This document shows positions 89,802-100,123 of a stretch of DNA of 248,000 bases, piece by piece. The notes beneath the pieces are model-generated. The model searched no databases and was not told the DNA's origin. It saw nothing but the letters and a program-made list of their open reading frames with translations. This DNA is from Hyalangium minutum (GTDB lineage: Bacteria > Myxococcota > Myxococcia > Myxococcales > Myxococcaceae), in assembly GCF_000737315.1 (NCBI RefSeq), contig NZ_JMCB01000006.1, positions 20,001 through 268,000 on the forward strand, in the 5' to 3' direction. Position numbers and translations under genes: made by a program. Numbering within the stretch: the stretch's first letter is position 1; every line of letters begins with the position of its first letter.

Positions 89802-92672
89802 ATGATTTCGCTTCGTCCCACCCTGCTCGCCCTGACCCTGCTGCTCGTGCCACCCCTGGCGCGGGCCAACAACACCGCAGACGAGGCGGATGTCGCCTTC
89901 GAGCTGGGCAACGAAGCCTATGCCAAGGGCAACTACAACGAGGCCCTCGGCTCCTACTTCGCCAGCTACCGGCTCGTCCCCAACCGCAACGTCCTCTTCA
90001 ACATCGCCCGCTGCTACGAGGCTCAGAACCGCTTCAACGAGGCCTACCGCTACTACAACGACTTGCTCAGCGAGGGCCTGCCGGACGACGACTCCGCCGA
90101 GGTGAAGCGCTCGCTGGAGCGGCTCCGTCCCAAGGTGGCGCTGATCCGCGTGGCCACCTCGCCCGAGGGCGCCGAGGTCTACATCGACCGCACGGACCTG
90201 GGCAGCCGCGGGCGCTCGCCTCAGACGCTGGCCCTGTCGCCGGGCCGCCACAAGGTCATGGTGAAGAAGGAGGGCTACCGTCCCGCCGAGGCCAACGTCG
90301 TGCTCACGCGCGGCCGCTCCGTGACGCAGAGCTTCGAGCTGCCCCTCATCACCGGCACCGTGGAGGTCTCCGGCACCCCCGAGGATGCCGAGGTCCGCAC
90401 CGCCCAGGACGGCCCTGTCGTCGCCACGGTGCCCGGCAAGCTCGTCCTCCCTCCCGGCCAGCACGTGCTCTACGTGCGCGCCCAGGGCCACGCGCCCGCG
90501 CAGCTCGTGGTCGAAGTGCCCGCCGATGGCACCGTGAAGGTGCCCGTGGCGCTCGGCAGCCAGGCCAAGCCCACGGGCCGCCTCGTCGTCACCGCCAACC
90601 GCGATAACGCCGCCGTGCGCGTGGACGGCAAGCCCGTAGGCTTCACCCCCACGGTGCTCACCCTCACCGAGGGAGACCACGTCCTCGAGGTGGAGAGCCT
90701 CGAGGTGCGCCCCCTGCGCCAGACGGTGACGGTGGTGGCGGATCAGGAGATCAAGGTCTTCGCCGAGCTGCGCTACTCCCCGCCTCCCGTGCGCGCCGCC
90801 TCCAAGGGCCTCACCTCCGTGGACGAGGCCCCCGCCTCCACCACCGTGCTCACCCAGGAGGAGCTGCGCGCCTTCGGCTGGCAGACGCTCGCCCAGGCCA
90901 TCGCGGGCGTGCGCGGCTTCTTCCTCTCGGACGACCGCACCTACAACTACATCGGCGTGCGCGGCTTCTCCCCGCCGGGAGACCTCAACACCCGCATCCT
91001 CATCCTCTGGGATGGGCATTCCATGAACGACGTGTGGGCCGGCCAGGGCTACGCGGGGCATGACCTCTCGGTGAATCTGGAGGAGGTGGAGCGCATCGAG
91101 GTGGTCCGCGGCCCGGGCAGCGCGCTCTACGGCACGGGCGCCTTCTTCGCCGTCATCAACGTGGTGCCGCGTGAGTCCCTGGGCGTGCAGAAGCACGTGG
91201 AGGTGACGGGCACGGTGGGAGCGCTGGGGACACTGGGAGTGAACGCCGCGGCGGCCTGGGAGGGCGGCCAGGACCGCTCCGTGCTGGTGTCCGCGGCGCT
91301 GGTGCACGCCACGGGCGCCGAGACGACGCTGCTGGACCCTACCACCCGGGTGGTGGGGCTCGACGGCGAGCGCGCCCTGAGCGGCTCCGTGTACGCGCGC
91401 CTCGGCCACCTCACCCTCATGGGCCGCCTCAACAGCCGCGTGAAGGCCATCCCCACCGGCCCCTTCGGCAGCGCCATTGGCGTGGAGGGCACCCAGTCGT
91501 TGGACACGCGCGGCTTCCTCGAGGCGCGCTATGAGCGGCCCCTGAGCGACACCCTCCAGCTCTCCCTGCGGGGCTCGTTCGACCTGAGCCGCTACCGCGG
91601 CGACCGGGCCTATGAAGTCAACGGCGGAGAGAGCTACAACCTGGAGAGCGAGGGCGGCCGCGCCGACTGGGTCTCCGCCGAAGCGCGCCTGCGCATGGCC
91701 GTGTTCGACGGCAACGCCCTCACCCTGGGCCTGGAGGGCCAGGGCCAGCTCCGGGTGGAGCAGGAGACGTACGGCCTGAACGGCGGCATCCCGCTGCCCA
91801 CCAAGACGCGCACGCTGCTGTCGCTCTACCTGATGGACGAGTGGCGCCTGCACCCGCGGCTGAGCCTGTCCGCGGGCCTGCGCGTGGACAAGTACCTGGA
91901 CCTGGACGCCATTCCCATCACCCCGCGCCTGGCCCTCATCGCCCGGCCCTACACCGCGGGCCTCACCAAGCTCGTCGCCGGCCGCGCCTTCCGCGCCCCC
92001 AACGTCTACGAGCTGTTCTACGAGGACAAGCTGGAGACGCAGCGGCCCGCCGAGGGGCTGGATCCGGAGACCATCACCACCTTCGAGGTGGAGCACTCGC
92101 ACGACCTGACGGACGAGCTGCGCCTCACCGTGGCGGGCTACCACAACCGCATCTCCAACCTGGTGACGCTGGCCACGGACGCACTGCCCCAGCCCCAGTG
92201 CGGCACCCCTACCGAACCCGCGCAGTGCTTCGTGTTCGCCAACAGCGCCACGGAGACGCTCGCGTGGGGCGCGGAGGCCGGCGTGCACTGGCAGCCCGGC
92301 CGCTTCCTGCTGGTGGACCTGAGCTACTCCTACGTCACCCTGCGCCACGTGCTCGACGAGGTCCGCGACGCCAAGCCCGCCCACATCGTCTCGGGCCGGA
92401 TGATGCTGCCGCTGGGCACGGGCGAGGTGCGGCTGGCCACGCAGGCCACCTACCAGAGCGCGCGCAACGGCGACTCGGACGGCACCAAGATTGGCGAGGC
92501 GCTGCTCATCGCGCTGGGCGTCTCGGGCGAGTACTCGCGCTTCCGCTACTTCGCGGGCGTGCAGAACCTGCTGGACGAGCAGTATGTGCTGCCGGTGAAC
92601 TCGGAGACCTCGGCGCGGCCCGTCCCCCAGTACGGCCGCACCTTCACCCTGCAGCTGACGGGCTCCTACTGA
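89802..92672 (+). CDS. TonB-dependent receptor with TPR and PEGA repeats
   Basis: Signal peptide; TPR; three PEGA modules; plug IERIEVVRGPGSALYG; C-terminal GRTFTLQL. Confidence 0.85.
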   Translation: MISLRPTLLALTLLLVPPLARANNTADEADVAFELGNEAYAKGNYNEALGSYFASYRLVPNRNVLFNIARCYEAQNRFNEAYRYYNDLLSEGLPDDDSAEVKRSLERLRPKVALIRVATSPEGAEVYIDRTDLGSRGRSPQTLALSPGRHKVMVKKEGYRPAEANVVLTRGRSVTQSFELPLITGTVEVSGTPEDAEVRTAQDGPVVATVPGKLVLPPGQHVLYVRAQGHAPAQLVVEVPADGTVKVPVALGSQAKPTGRLVVTANRDNAAVRVDGKPVGFTPTVLTLTEGDHVLEVESLEVRPLRQTVTVVADQEIKVFAELRYSPPPVRAASKGLTSVDEAPASTTVLTQEELRAFGWQTLAQAIAGVRGFFLSDDRTYNYIGVRGFSPPGDLNTRILILWDGHSMNDVWAGQGYAGHDLSVNLEEVERIEVVRGPGSALYGTGAFFAVINVVPRESLGVQKHVEVTGTVGALGTLGVNAAAAWEGGQDRSVLVSAALVHATGAETTLLDPTTRVVGLDGERALSGSVYARLGHLTLMGRLNSRVKAIPTGPFGSAIGVEGTQSLDTRGFLEARYERPLSDTLQLSLRGSFDLSRYRGDRAYEVNGGESYNLESEGGRADWVSAEARLRMAVFDGNALTLGLEGQGQLRVEQETYGLNGGIPLPTKTRTLLSLYLMDEWRLHPRLSLSAGLRVDKYLDLDAIPITPRLALIARPYTAGLTKLVAGRAFRAPNVYELFYEDKLETQRPAEGLDPETITTFEVEHSHDLTDELRLTVAGYHNRISNLVTLATDALPQPQCGTPTEPAQCFVFANSATETLAWGAEAGVHWQPGRFLLVDLSYSYVTLRHVLDEVRDAKPAHIVSGRMMLPLGTGEVRLATQATYQSARNGDSDGTKIGEALLIALGVSGEYSRFRYFAGVQNLLDEQYVLPVNSETSARPVPQYGRTFTLQLTGSY

Positions 92673-93196
92673 TGAGTGTCTGGACAGAAGCGCGCTCGGC
92701 GGCTCGGGAACTGACGGACGCGGCCGTGCGCACGGCGTACCGCGGCGCGTACTCGCTGGCCATGGCGTACTGGTTCGTGCGCCGCCCCTCCACCGGTGGC
92801 GTCTTCGTGGGGGTGTGGCACGGCCGGCGCGTGCTGCTGCTGCAGAACTCCTACAAGCGCCTGTTCAGCATGCCCGGCGGCGGCGCCCACCCGGGCGAGT
92901 CCCACCTGGAGACGGGGCTGCGCGAGCTGCACGAGGAGGTGGGCCTCACCTTGAGCGCCTCCCAGCTCCGCACCGCCCTCGATGTCGTGCACTACGAGGA
93001 GTACAAGCGCGACCACGTCTACTTCCTGGAGGTGGACCTGGACACCGAGCCGGCGCTCACCATCGACCGCCGGGAGGTGGTCTGGGCCGCCTTCCTCGAC
93101 GTGGATGCCGCGCTCCAGCTCCCGGTGGCCTCTCCCATCCGCGACTACCTCACCGAGGCCGCGCGGCGCCGTGCCGCCCCCGCTCCCTCCTCATGA
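92672..93196 (+). CDS. NUDIX hydrolase
   Basis: GGGAHPGESHLETGLRELHEEVG. Confidence 0.85.
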   Translation: MSVWTEARSAARELTDAAVRTAYRGAYSLAMAYWFVRRPSTGGVFVGVWHGRRVLLLQNSYKRLFSMPGGGAHPGESHLETGLRELHEEVGLTLSASQLRTALDVVHYEEYKRDHVYFLEVDLDTEPALTIDRREVVWAAFLDVDAALQLPVASPIRDYLTEAARRRAAPAPSS

Positions 93197-93669
93197 CTCC
93201 CCCCGAGCTGCTCTTCATCCACCCCGAGCACCCGCTCTACCCGGAGGAGCTGGAGCTGCGCTTCCGCGTGCTGCGCGAGCCGCTGGGCCTGCCCCGCTCC
93301 GCCGTCACCTTCCCCTTCGAGGCCCAGAGCCTCCACCTCGTGGCGCGCCAGGGCAGCGCGGTGGTGGGCTGCGTCCTCTTCCACCCCGAGGACACCCACG
93401 GGGGCCGCCTCTTTCAGATGGCCGTCACCCCCACGCTCCAGGGACAGGGGCTGGGCGCGCGGCTCGTGGTGGCGCTGGAGGAGGAGCTGCGGCGGCGGGG
93501 CTTCACGCACGTGCACCTCCACGCCCGCTCCCAGGTGGTCCCCTTCTACGAGCGGCTCGGCTACGCGGTGTACGGCGAGCCCTTCGAGGAGCGGACCCTC
93601 CCTCACCGCCATATGCGCAAGACACTGGCGTCATCTATCCTTCCGGGCCCAAGGAGCCCGGAGGCATGA
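93193..93669 (+). CDS. GNAT acetyltransferase (ElaA/YjcF-like)
   Basis: QMAV...QGQGLG; LHAR; FYERLGY. Confidence 0.85.
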   Translation: MTPPELLFIHPEHPLYPEELELRFRVLREPLGLPRSAVTFPFEAQSLHLVARQGSAVVGCVLFHPEDTHGGRLFQMAVTPTLQGQGLGARLVVALEEELRRRGFTHVHLHARSQVVPFYERLGYAVYGEPFEERTLPHRHMRKTLASSILPGPRSPEA

Positions 93670-94454
93670 CGGCAACCCCCGCACGGACACAGGCCCAGCG
93701 CGCCCAAGCGTTCTTCGAGCTGCACCAGCGCATCCAGCTCATCGACGATGAGAAGGCCCAGGACGCGCTGCTGGAGCAGCTGAAGCACCCCTCGCGGCCC
93801 TACATCGTCTCGTTCGTCAACGCCCACGCGGCGAACCTGGGCTGGAACACCCCGTCCATGCTGGAGAGCCTGCTGCGCTCGGACCTGCTGCTGCGCGACG
93901 GCATCGGCGTGAAGCTGGGGCTCAAGGCGTTCCGGCGTCCGCCCGGGCTGAACATGAACGGCACGGACTTCATCCCCAGGATTGCTCGGGCCTACAAAGG
94001 ACGCCGCGCCGCGCTGTTCGGGACGCAGTCCCCCTGGCTGGACACAGCGCGTCAGAAGCTGGAGGCCGAGGGCCTGGTGGTGGTGGCGTGCCATGAGGGC
94101 TTCTCGCCGCCAGAGACGTACCTGGAGCTGGCCGAGAAGACGCAGCCAGAGCTCATCATCCTGGCCATGGGCATGCCCAAGCAGGAGGACATCGCCGTGA
94201 AGCTGCGGGAGCGGCTGGCCCACCCAGTGCTCATCGTCAACGGGGGCGCCATCCTGGATTTCCTGGGAGGCAAGGTAACCCGGGCTCCGGAAGCCATGCG
94301 CAACATCGGCATGGAGTGGGTGTATCGCCTCTACTTGGAACCCAAGCGATTGGCCAAGCGCTACCTGTGGGGCATCCCCGTCTTCTTTTCGCACGTAGCA
94401 GTCACGCGCTTGGTCGGTCCCCGGACACCCGAGGGTGAGGGCAGGTCCTCGTGA
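93666..94454 (+). CDS. epsA: WecB/TagA/CpsF glycosyltransferase (EpsA-like)
   Basis: DGIG, NGTDF, MGMPKQE, MEWVYRL.EPKRL. Confidence 0.8.
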   Translation: MTATPARTQAQRAQAFFELHQRIQLIDDEKAQDALLEQLKHPSRPYIVSFVNAHAANLGWNTPSMLESLLRSDLLLRDGIGVKLGLKAFRRPPGLNMNGTDFIPRIARAYKGRRAALFGTQSPWLDTARQKLEAEGLVVVACHEGFSPPETYLELAEKTQPELIILAMGMPKQEDIAVKLRERLAHPVLIVNGGAILDFLGGKVTRAPEAMRNIGMEWVYRLYLEPKRLAKRYLWGIPVFFSHVAVTRLVGPRTPEGEGRSS

Positions 94455-94500
94455 CCCCCCCTTGTCCCCAAACGGAAAGTGCGCGTTCCTAAGGCTCCCG

Positions 94501-95625
94501 ATGGACACTGTTCGCGCCCACCAGGACTTCCTGCGCACCCGAATCTTCCCCGGACTGGATGGGCTGCGTTGCGTGAGCATCCTGCTGGTGATGGCCCACC
94601 ACGTCTCTGGCCTGCACCACGGCTTCCTGGGCCGAGGCTACCTGGGCGTGTCGCTCTTCTTCGCCATCAGCGGGTTCCTCATCACCTCGCTGCTCTTGCG
94701 TGAGCGGGACGCGCACGGGTTCATCTCCCTGGGGCGCTTCTACGGCCGGCGCTCGCTGCGCATCTTCCCGCTCTACTATGCGGTGCTGAGCGTCTACGTG
94801 GTGCTGGTGCTCCTCTTCGAGAAAGGAGCGCAGGAGAAGGCGGACTTCTTCGCCAACCTTCCGGCCTTCCTCACGTACACCTCCAACTGGTTCGTGCCGC
94901 AGGAGCCGAACACCCGGATCATCTTCTACTTCGCCTGGTCCCTGGCCACCGAAGAGCAGTTCTACCTGCTGTGGCCCGGCGTCATGCGCGTGGCCCACCG
95001 GTGGGGCGCGGTGGCCTTCATGGCGGGGCTGCTCGCCATCTCGCTCTGGGCGCCCTGGGCCGTGGAGACGGGGCGACTGGATGGCACCCTGATGTCGGTG
95101 CGCATCCTCGCCAGCTTCGCCGCGCCCATCTGCATGGGGTGCCTGGCGGCCTATGCCGTGCACTCGCCCGTGGGCTTCGCGTGGGTGTACCGCGTGCTCG
95201 GCTACAAGTGGATGCCTCCCCTGCTGCTGGTGCTCACGCTGGCCGCCGTGGCGACGAACGGCGTGCCCTACGGCCTCACCTCGCTGGTGATGACGGCGCT
95301 GGTGGTGTCCGCCTGCCTGCGGACGGACCACCTGCTGATGCCCGCGCTCACGCTGGCGCCCATCCGCCACATCGGGGTGATCAGCTACGGCGTGTACCTG
95401 CTGCACATGATCTGCCTGAACCTGGTGCGCCGCGCGGTGCCCGGCCAGGGCTTCGCCGTCACCTTCCTGGTGACCCTGGGCGTGACGGTGGTGGCGGCCA
95501 CGCTGAGCTACCGCTACTTCGAGAGCTGGTTCCTGCGCCTCAAGGAGCGCCTGGCCGCCGGCCCTGCCCCGGCGAAGGCTTCCCCGGCGCCTTCGACGGC
95601 TCCAGCATCAAGTCCAATACCGTGA
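94501..95625 (+). CDS. Acyltransferase family 3 (OafA-like O-acyltransferase)
   Basis: LDGLR, FFAISGFLIT, WSLATEEQFY. Confidence 0.88.
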   Translation: MDTVRAHQDFLRTRIFPGLDGLRCVSILLVMAHHVSGLHHGFLGRGYLGVSLFFAISGFLITSLLLRERDAHGFISLGRFYGRRSLRIFPLYYAVLSVYVVLVLLFEKGAQEKADFFANLPAFLTYTSNWFVPQEPNTRIIFYFAWSLATEEQFYLLWPGVMRVAHRWGAVAFMAGLLAISLWAPWAVETGRLDGTLMSVRILASFAAPICMGCLAAYAVHSPVGFAWVYRVLGYKWMPPLLLVLTLAAVATNGVPYGLTSLVMTALVVSACLRTDHLLMPALTLAPIRHIGVISYGVYLLHMICLNLVRRAVPGQGFAVTFLVTLGVTVVAATLSYRYFESWFLRLKERLAAGPAPAKASPAPSTAPASSPIP

Positions 95626-98290
95626 TGGAGTAGGGCGGAAGCTTCGCCCCCACCATGCCCGAGCCCATGGAGCTGGCCTGCTGCTCGGCAAAGCCGCTGG
95701 CCTCGCCCACGTAGGTCATCACCCGTGCGGCCTTCACTGCCCCACAGCCCTTGAGCTCCACCCGGGCGTCCCGCGCGGTGTCCGGCTCCACGTTGAGCGC
95801 GATGGCCACCACCCGCCGCCCATCCGCGCTGCGCGAGGCGAACAGTGAAGTGCCCTGCTCCGCCTTCGAGGGCACGTAGACATCCTGGAACCGCCCGCCC
95901 TCGCCGTCGAAGTTCCGGTAGGCCCGGAAGGCCCACCACGCGGGACTGCGCGGCGGCGGATAGGCGAAGTAGAAGGCCGCGGTGACGCCCCCCTCGGCGA
96001 AGCGGCCGAGCGCCTCGGCCTGCGCCAGCCCACCGCTCATGTGCTGCGCGGCGCCGAAGTTGTACTCGCCAATGGCGATGCCCCGGCCCGGGTAGTTCTC
96101 CTCCACCATCTTCTTCAGGCGGGGGATGAGCCGCACCGGCTCGCCGATCCAGGACTCGTCCTTGTAGTTCGCATCCCACAGGGCCCGCGTGGAGCGGATG
96201 CGCAGCGCCGCCGTCTCCGGGTCCGTCTTCTCGCCCTTGTCGGGCGAGACGCCGTCGGCCTGCGGGTAGAAGTGCACGTCCAACACGTCAAGGACGCGGG
96301 TGCCCGTCTTCTTCTCGTGCTCGCGCAGCTTCTTCAGGTACCAGGTCAGCAGGGGCACATTGCCGTGGGCCTTGCGGTCCGCATCCTTGTCCCTCCCCTC
96401 CGCCACGTCCGCCGCCGAGCGGAAGTAGGCCGTCCAGCCCCACTCGGCGGGCCCGGCGATGACAGCCTCCGGGTCCGCCTGCCGCACGGCCGTGCCGTAG
96501 GAGACGGTGCGCTCCATCAGCTCGTCATACGTGGTGGGCTCCGGGTGCACGTCCCGGTGCGTCGAGTTCCACAGCATGGGCTCGTTGTCGAGGAAGTACA
96601 TCTGCACGCTGCGCCCGCGCTCCACGTCCTTCTTGCGCATGGCGCGCACCCACTCGCCGATGAACTCGGGCGGCGCGGGCACGCTGGTGCGCGTGGGCAT
96701 GGGCGGCGCCAGCTCGCGGCCCGAGGACGTCCGGCCATTGCCCGCCTCGGGCACGTCCGGATCCATCTTCTCCTGAGGGCCGAACTTCGACGCCGGGAAG
96801 CTCACGGAGCTCGTGTCCTTGGCCACCCAGCCGATCATCGGCACCGTGAGCGCGGACTGGAGGCCATGCTCCCGGTTCGCCTTGAGGAACTCCTCATAGG
96901 TGAAGTCTGGCCGGTCTCCCGGCGACACGTTGCGGAAGAACCAGTCGTTGGCCGTGTTCCACGCGTTGATCTTCCAGTTGTAGCGGGTGGTGGGGTTGCC
97001 GCCCCAGCGGCGCACCGTGGCCCCCAGCTCGAACTGGTGCGTGCTCCGGCCCTCCTTCAGCGCATCGAAGGCAATGCCGTAGATCTGCGGGCTGATGGAC
97101 TGCCCAGGCCCTGTGCAGTCCACGGACAGGTTCGCCGGACGCGGAGGCCCCACGGCCACGCGCGCCATGCCCGCCGCCGGCATGCCCGTCTCCGCCGCCA
97201 TCATGCTGGTGAAGCCAATGCGATCCAGCTGCACCCACTCGGTGCCCACGCGCTTGTGCGCGCGCATGATGACGCGATCGAACGGGTTTCCCTTCGGGTT
97301 GAGCTCGCCCATGGGCAGGAGCACCTGCACCCAGTCTCCATCCCGGCCCGCCAGGTGCTGGGCACTCACGCGCACGCGGGGGAACACCGCCTTGTCCCCG
97401 TTATCCACCCGCACTTCGAGGAAGTCGCCGTAGTTGGAGGGCGCCTGGTACCGGAACGCCAGCCCACCGAAGCGGCCCTCCAGCGGCTGCTGGCGGCGCA
97501 GCGTCCACCCGCCCAGGTCCGCCATCATCACCTTCGCGGGCGACATGCTCTCCACCTGTCGCTCGCTCCAGCCCTCCGCCGTCCAGCCCGTCTTGAGGCC
97601 ATGGTCGAAGGCCATCTCGAGCAGCTGCATCGAGGCCTCCTGCGGGGCCTCCTCGGACAAGCTGACGCCCGGCAGTGTGAAGCCAATGCGATCCAGCTCC
97701 ACCCACCCCGTGTCCACGCGCTTGTGCGCCCGGACGATGAAGCGGTCGAACGGCTTGCGGTCTGGGTTCAGCTCCGCCATCGGGATGAGGAGCTGCGTCC
97801 ATTCCCCGTCCATCCCCATCATGTGGCGCGAGCTCACCTTCACGCGGGGGAACGTGGCCTCTTCACTGGAGTCCAGCCGCACCTCGAGGAACTCACCGAA
97901 GTCCGAAGGCGCCTTGTACCGGAACGCCAGTCCACCATAGCCGGGCTTGAGCGGGCTCGCGTGCCGCAGCGCCCAGCCTCCGAGCTCGGCCATCTTCACC
98001 TTCGCCGGGCCCTGGCCCTTCACCTCGCGATCGCCCCAGCCGGCGTCCACCCAGCCCGGCTTGAGGCCGCCCTGGTAGACCACCTCGGCCAGCGCCACCG
98101 AGACCCCCGTCTTCGCGGGCGCCATGGAGCCGCCGCTGGGACTCGGGGGCATCACGGCCTGTGTGCCGCCGTTCTCACACGCCGCCAGCAGCAGCACGCA
98201 CGCCGTCAGCAGGGCTTTCAGGTGAGGGCAGCTCTCGCCTCGGCTCCCCGTCAGGGCCGTTGCGCGGCGCCCTCCGGCCGCGTGTCTCAT
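95540..98290 (-). CDS. epsB: GH44 endoglucanase lipoprotein with two CBM-like modules (EpsB-like)
   Basis: RRWGGNPTTRYNW, LDNEPMLW, GEYNFG; duplicated N-terminal module. Confidence 0.8.
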   Translation of the reverse strand: MRHAAGGRRATALTGSRGESCPHLKALLTACVLLLAACENGGTQAVMPPSPSGGSMAPAKTGVSVALAEVVYQGGLKPGWVDAGWGDREVKGQGPAKVKMAELGGWALRHASPLKPGYGGLAFRYKAPSDFGEFLEVRLDSSEEATFPRVKVSSRHMMGMDGEWTQLLIPMAELNPDRKPFDRFIVRAHKRVDTGWVELDRIGFTLPGVSLSEEAPQEASMQLLEMAFDHGLKTGWTAEGWSERQVESMSPAKVMMADLGGWTLRRQQPLEGRFGGLAFRYQAPSNYGDFLEVRVDNGDKAVFPRVRVSAQHLAGRDGDWVQVLLPMGELNPKGNPFDRVIMRAHKRVGTEWVQLDRIGFTSMMAAETGMPAAGMARVAVGPPRPANLSVDCTGPGQSISPQIYGIAFDALKEGRSTHQFELGATVRRWGGNPTTRYNWKINAWNTANDWFFRNVSPGDRPDFTYEEFLKANREHGLQSALTVPMIGWVAKDTSSVSFPASKFGPQEKMDPDVPEAGNGRTSSGRELAPPMPTRTSVPAPPEFIGEWVRAMRKKDVERGRSVQMYFLDNEPMLWNSTHRDVHPEPTTYDELMERTVSYGTAVRQADPEAVIAGPAEWGWTAYFRSAADVAEGRDKDADRKAHGNVPLLTWYLKKLREHEKKTGTRVLDVLDVHFYPQADGVSPDKGEKTDPETAALRIRSTRALWDANYKDESWIGEPVRLIPRLKKMVEENYPGRGIAIGEYNFGAAQHMSGGLAQAEALGRFAEGGVTAAFYFAYPPPRSPAWWAFRAYRNFDGEGGRFQDVYVPSKAEQGTSLFASRSADGRRVVAIALNVEPDTARDARVELKGCGAVKAARVMTYVGEASGFAEQQASSMGSGMVGAKLPPYSITVLDLMLEPSKAPGKPSPGQGRRPGAP

Positions 98291-99390
98291 GACGCTCCGC
98301 TCGAGTCCTTTCCCGCGCCCTGCTGGGCCAAGAAGCCGCCACTCGCGGCCACCTCCCGATAACGCGAGATGCGCCGGGCCACTTCCCGCCACGAGCCCGC
98401 CTCCGCCCTCGCCCCGCGCAGGTACTCCATCGTGTAGGCCACCGACGTGCTCTTGAAGGCCACTTGGTTGAGCCCCAGCCGGTCTGCCAGCCGCGCCACG
98501 CCCATGAGCGCGTCCGTCACTGGCTTGGTCGGCCCCGGCAGCGCCACCGCCGTGGCCAGCAGCGGCCGAGCCAGCGCGTTCATCTCGAAGAGCATCCGCC
98601 ACGGGTCCACCTGCGGCACGTCCGAGTGCCGCTCGGACAGCCGCGAGTCCATGATGCCGTAGCGGTGCGCCCGCGCGAGCCACTTCTCGAAGCTGGTGTG
98701 GTCGGAGCCGTGCAGCACATACGAGTCGTTGCAGAAGCGCACTTGGCAGCCGGACTTCTCGAGGCGGATGCCCAGCTCGATGTCCTCGGACTGCTTCAGG
98801 TTCGGATCAAACCCGCCCACCGCCACGTAGTCCTCGCGGCGGAACGACACGTTGCCCGTGTAGAGGTTCCACCCGTGGGCGCCCTCCTCGTGCAGCCGCT
98901 TGGCCAGCCGGTCGTGCAGGTACGCGTACCAGCGCTCGAAGAGCGGCATGTCCAAGATGGCCGGATCCGGATCAATGCGGCCCAGCACCACGTTGCGCGA
99001 GCCGGGCGGGTGCTGCTCCAGATGCCGCTGGACGAAGTTCTCGGGCACCTGCATGTCGTCATCCGTGATGATGACCACCTCACCCTGGGCCGCGAGCACG
99101 CCCCGGTGCCGCGCCGCCGCGGCGCCGGCGTTCTTCTGCGTCTCCACGCGCAGCGAGTACGGCAGCTCCTGGGCGAGCTCCGCCAGGGGCCCTGCCGCAG
99201 GCTCCTTGGAGCCGTCATCCACGATGACGACTTCGTAGTCCGTGGGAGGAAGCGTCTGGGTCGCGAGCTGCTTGAGGAGCCGCGGCAGCAGGGTCAGCCG
99301 GTTGTACGTGGCCATGACCACGCTCACCCGAGGCTTTGGCCCTTCAGTCCGCGGCGGAGTCTCCGAGCCCGCCGAGGGCGAATCGCTCAC
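98287..99390 (-). CDS. epsD: GT2 glycosyltransferase (EpsD-like)
   Basis: VMATYNR, VDDGS, TDDD, GGFD..EDIELG. Confidence 0.8.
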   Translation of the reverse strand: MSDSPSAGSETPPRTEGPKPRVSVVMATYNRLTLLPRLLKQLATQTLPPTDYEVVIVDDGSKEPAAGPLAELAQELPYSLRVETQKNAGAAAARHRGVLAAQGEVVIITDDDMQVPENFVQRHLEQHPPGSRNVVLGRIDPDPAILDMPLFERWYAYLHDRLAKRLHEEGAHGWNLYTGNVSFRREDYVAVGGFDPNLKQSEDIELGIRLEKSGCQVRFCNDSYVLHGSDHTSFEKWLARAHRYGIMDSRLSERHSDVPQVDPWRMLFEMNALARPLLATAVALPGPTKPVTDALMGVARLADRLGLNQVAFKSTSVAYTMEYLRGARAEAGSWREVARRISRYREVAASGGFLAQQGAGKDSSGAS

Positions 99391-100025
99391 CTCTTGCTCC
99401 CCGCCTTCTGACCCAGCGTGACGCTGCCCAGGAAGCGCGCCTTGCCGATCAGCTCCAGCGTCTGGCGCGCCGCGGAGAACTGCGTCGAGCCCAGCGGCAC
99501 GCACAGCAGGGCGCGCTCAGCGGCCAGCGCCACCTCGAGCCCCACCGGGTTGGTGAGAATCGAGTCGATGGAGACGACGACCATGCCGCCCTGCTCCACG
99601 AACGCCCGCATGTCACGCACCAGACGGCTGCCAGCACCCGGGGGCAGCCCCTCGGCGTCGATCAGCCGGAGGGGCCGCTCGCGGTACTGGTTGCCCACCT
99701 CGACGATGGCCCGGCCCGCCATGAGCGCGGAGGCGCCCGGCTGCGCGGGCACCACCACCAGCGAGTTCCACTTCTCGCGCTGGGTCAGCAACGTCCACAG
99801 GTGCAGCAGCTCCGCCGGAATGGGCTCGGCGGGTGCGGGGATGACCTCATTGTGAACCGGCTCCTCGGGCGGGAGCGGCACAGGGGTCGGTGTGCCCCGG
99901 ACGACAGACCAGGGACGAGGACGGCCCGCTCCCGCCTTGGGGCTGGTGCTCTCGCCCCCGCGAGACGGGTTGTTTCCCCCCGGATTGTCGTTGGACTCGT
100001 ACATAGGCGGATCCAGTCTACTCAT
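99387..100025 (-). CDS. wzeX: Stand-alone BY pseudokinase (WzeX/EcpK-like)
   Basis: Wzc-C-like fold with degenerate Walker A (PAQPGAS); synteny in the EPS locus. Confidence 0.65.
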   Translation of the reverse strand: MSRLDPPMYESNDNPGGNNPSRGGESTSPKAGAGRPRPWSVVRGTPTPVPLPPEEPVHNEVIPAPAEPIPAELLHLWTLLTQREKWNSLVVVPAQPGASALMAGRAIVEVGNQYRERPLRLIDAEGLPPGAGSRLVRDMRAFVEQGGMVVVSIDSILTNPVGLEVALAAERALLCVPLGSTQFSAARQTLELIGKARFLGSVTLGQKAGSKR

Positions 100026-100123
100026 TTTCTGACCAGTGCCCAGGGGTGCATCGAACCCAGGATCAGGCGACTCAACAGATATTCTGCTGCGATCCGCTCG
100101 TACTGAACGCGCCCCTTTGCGGC

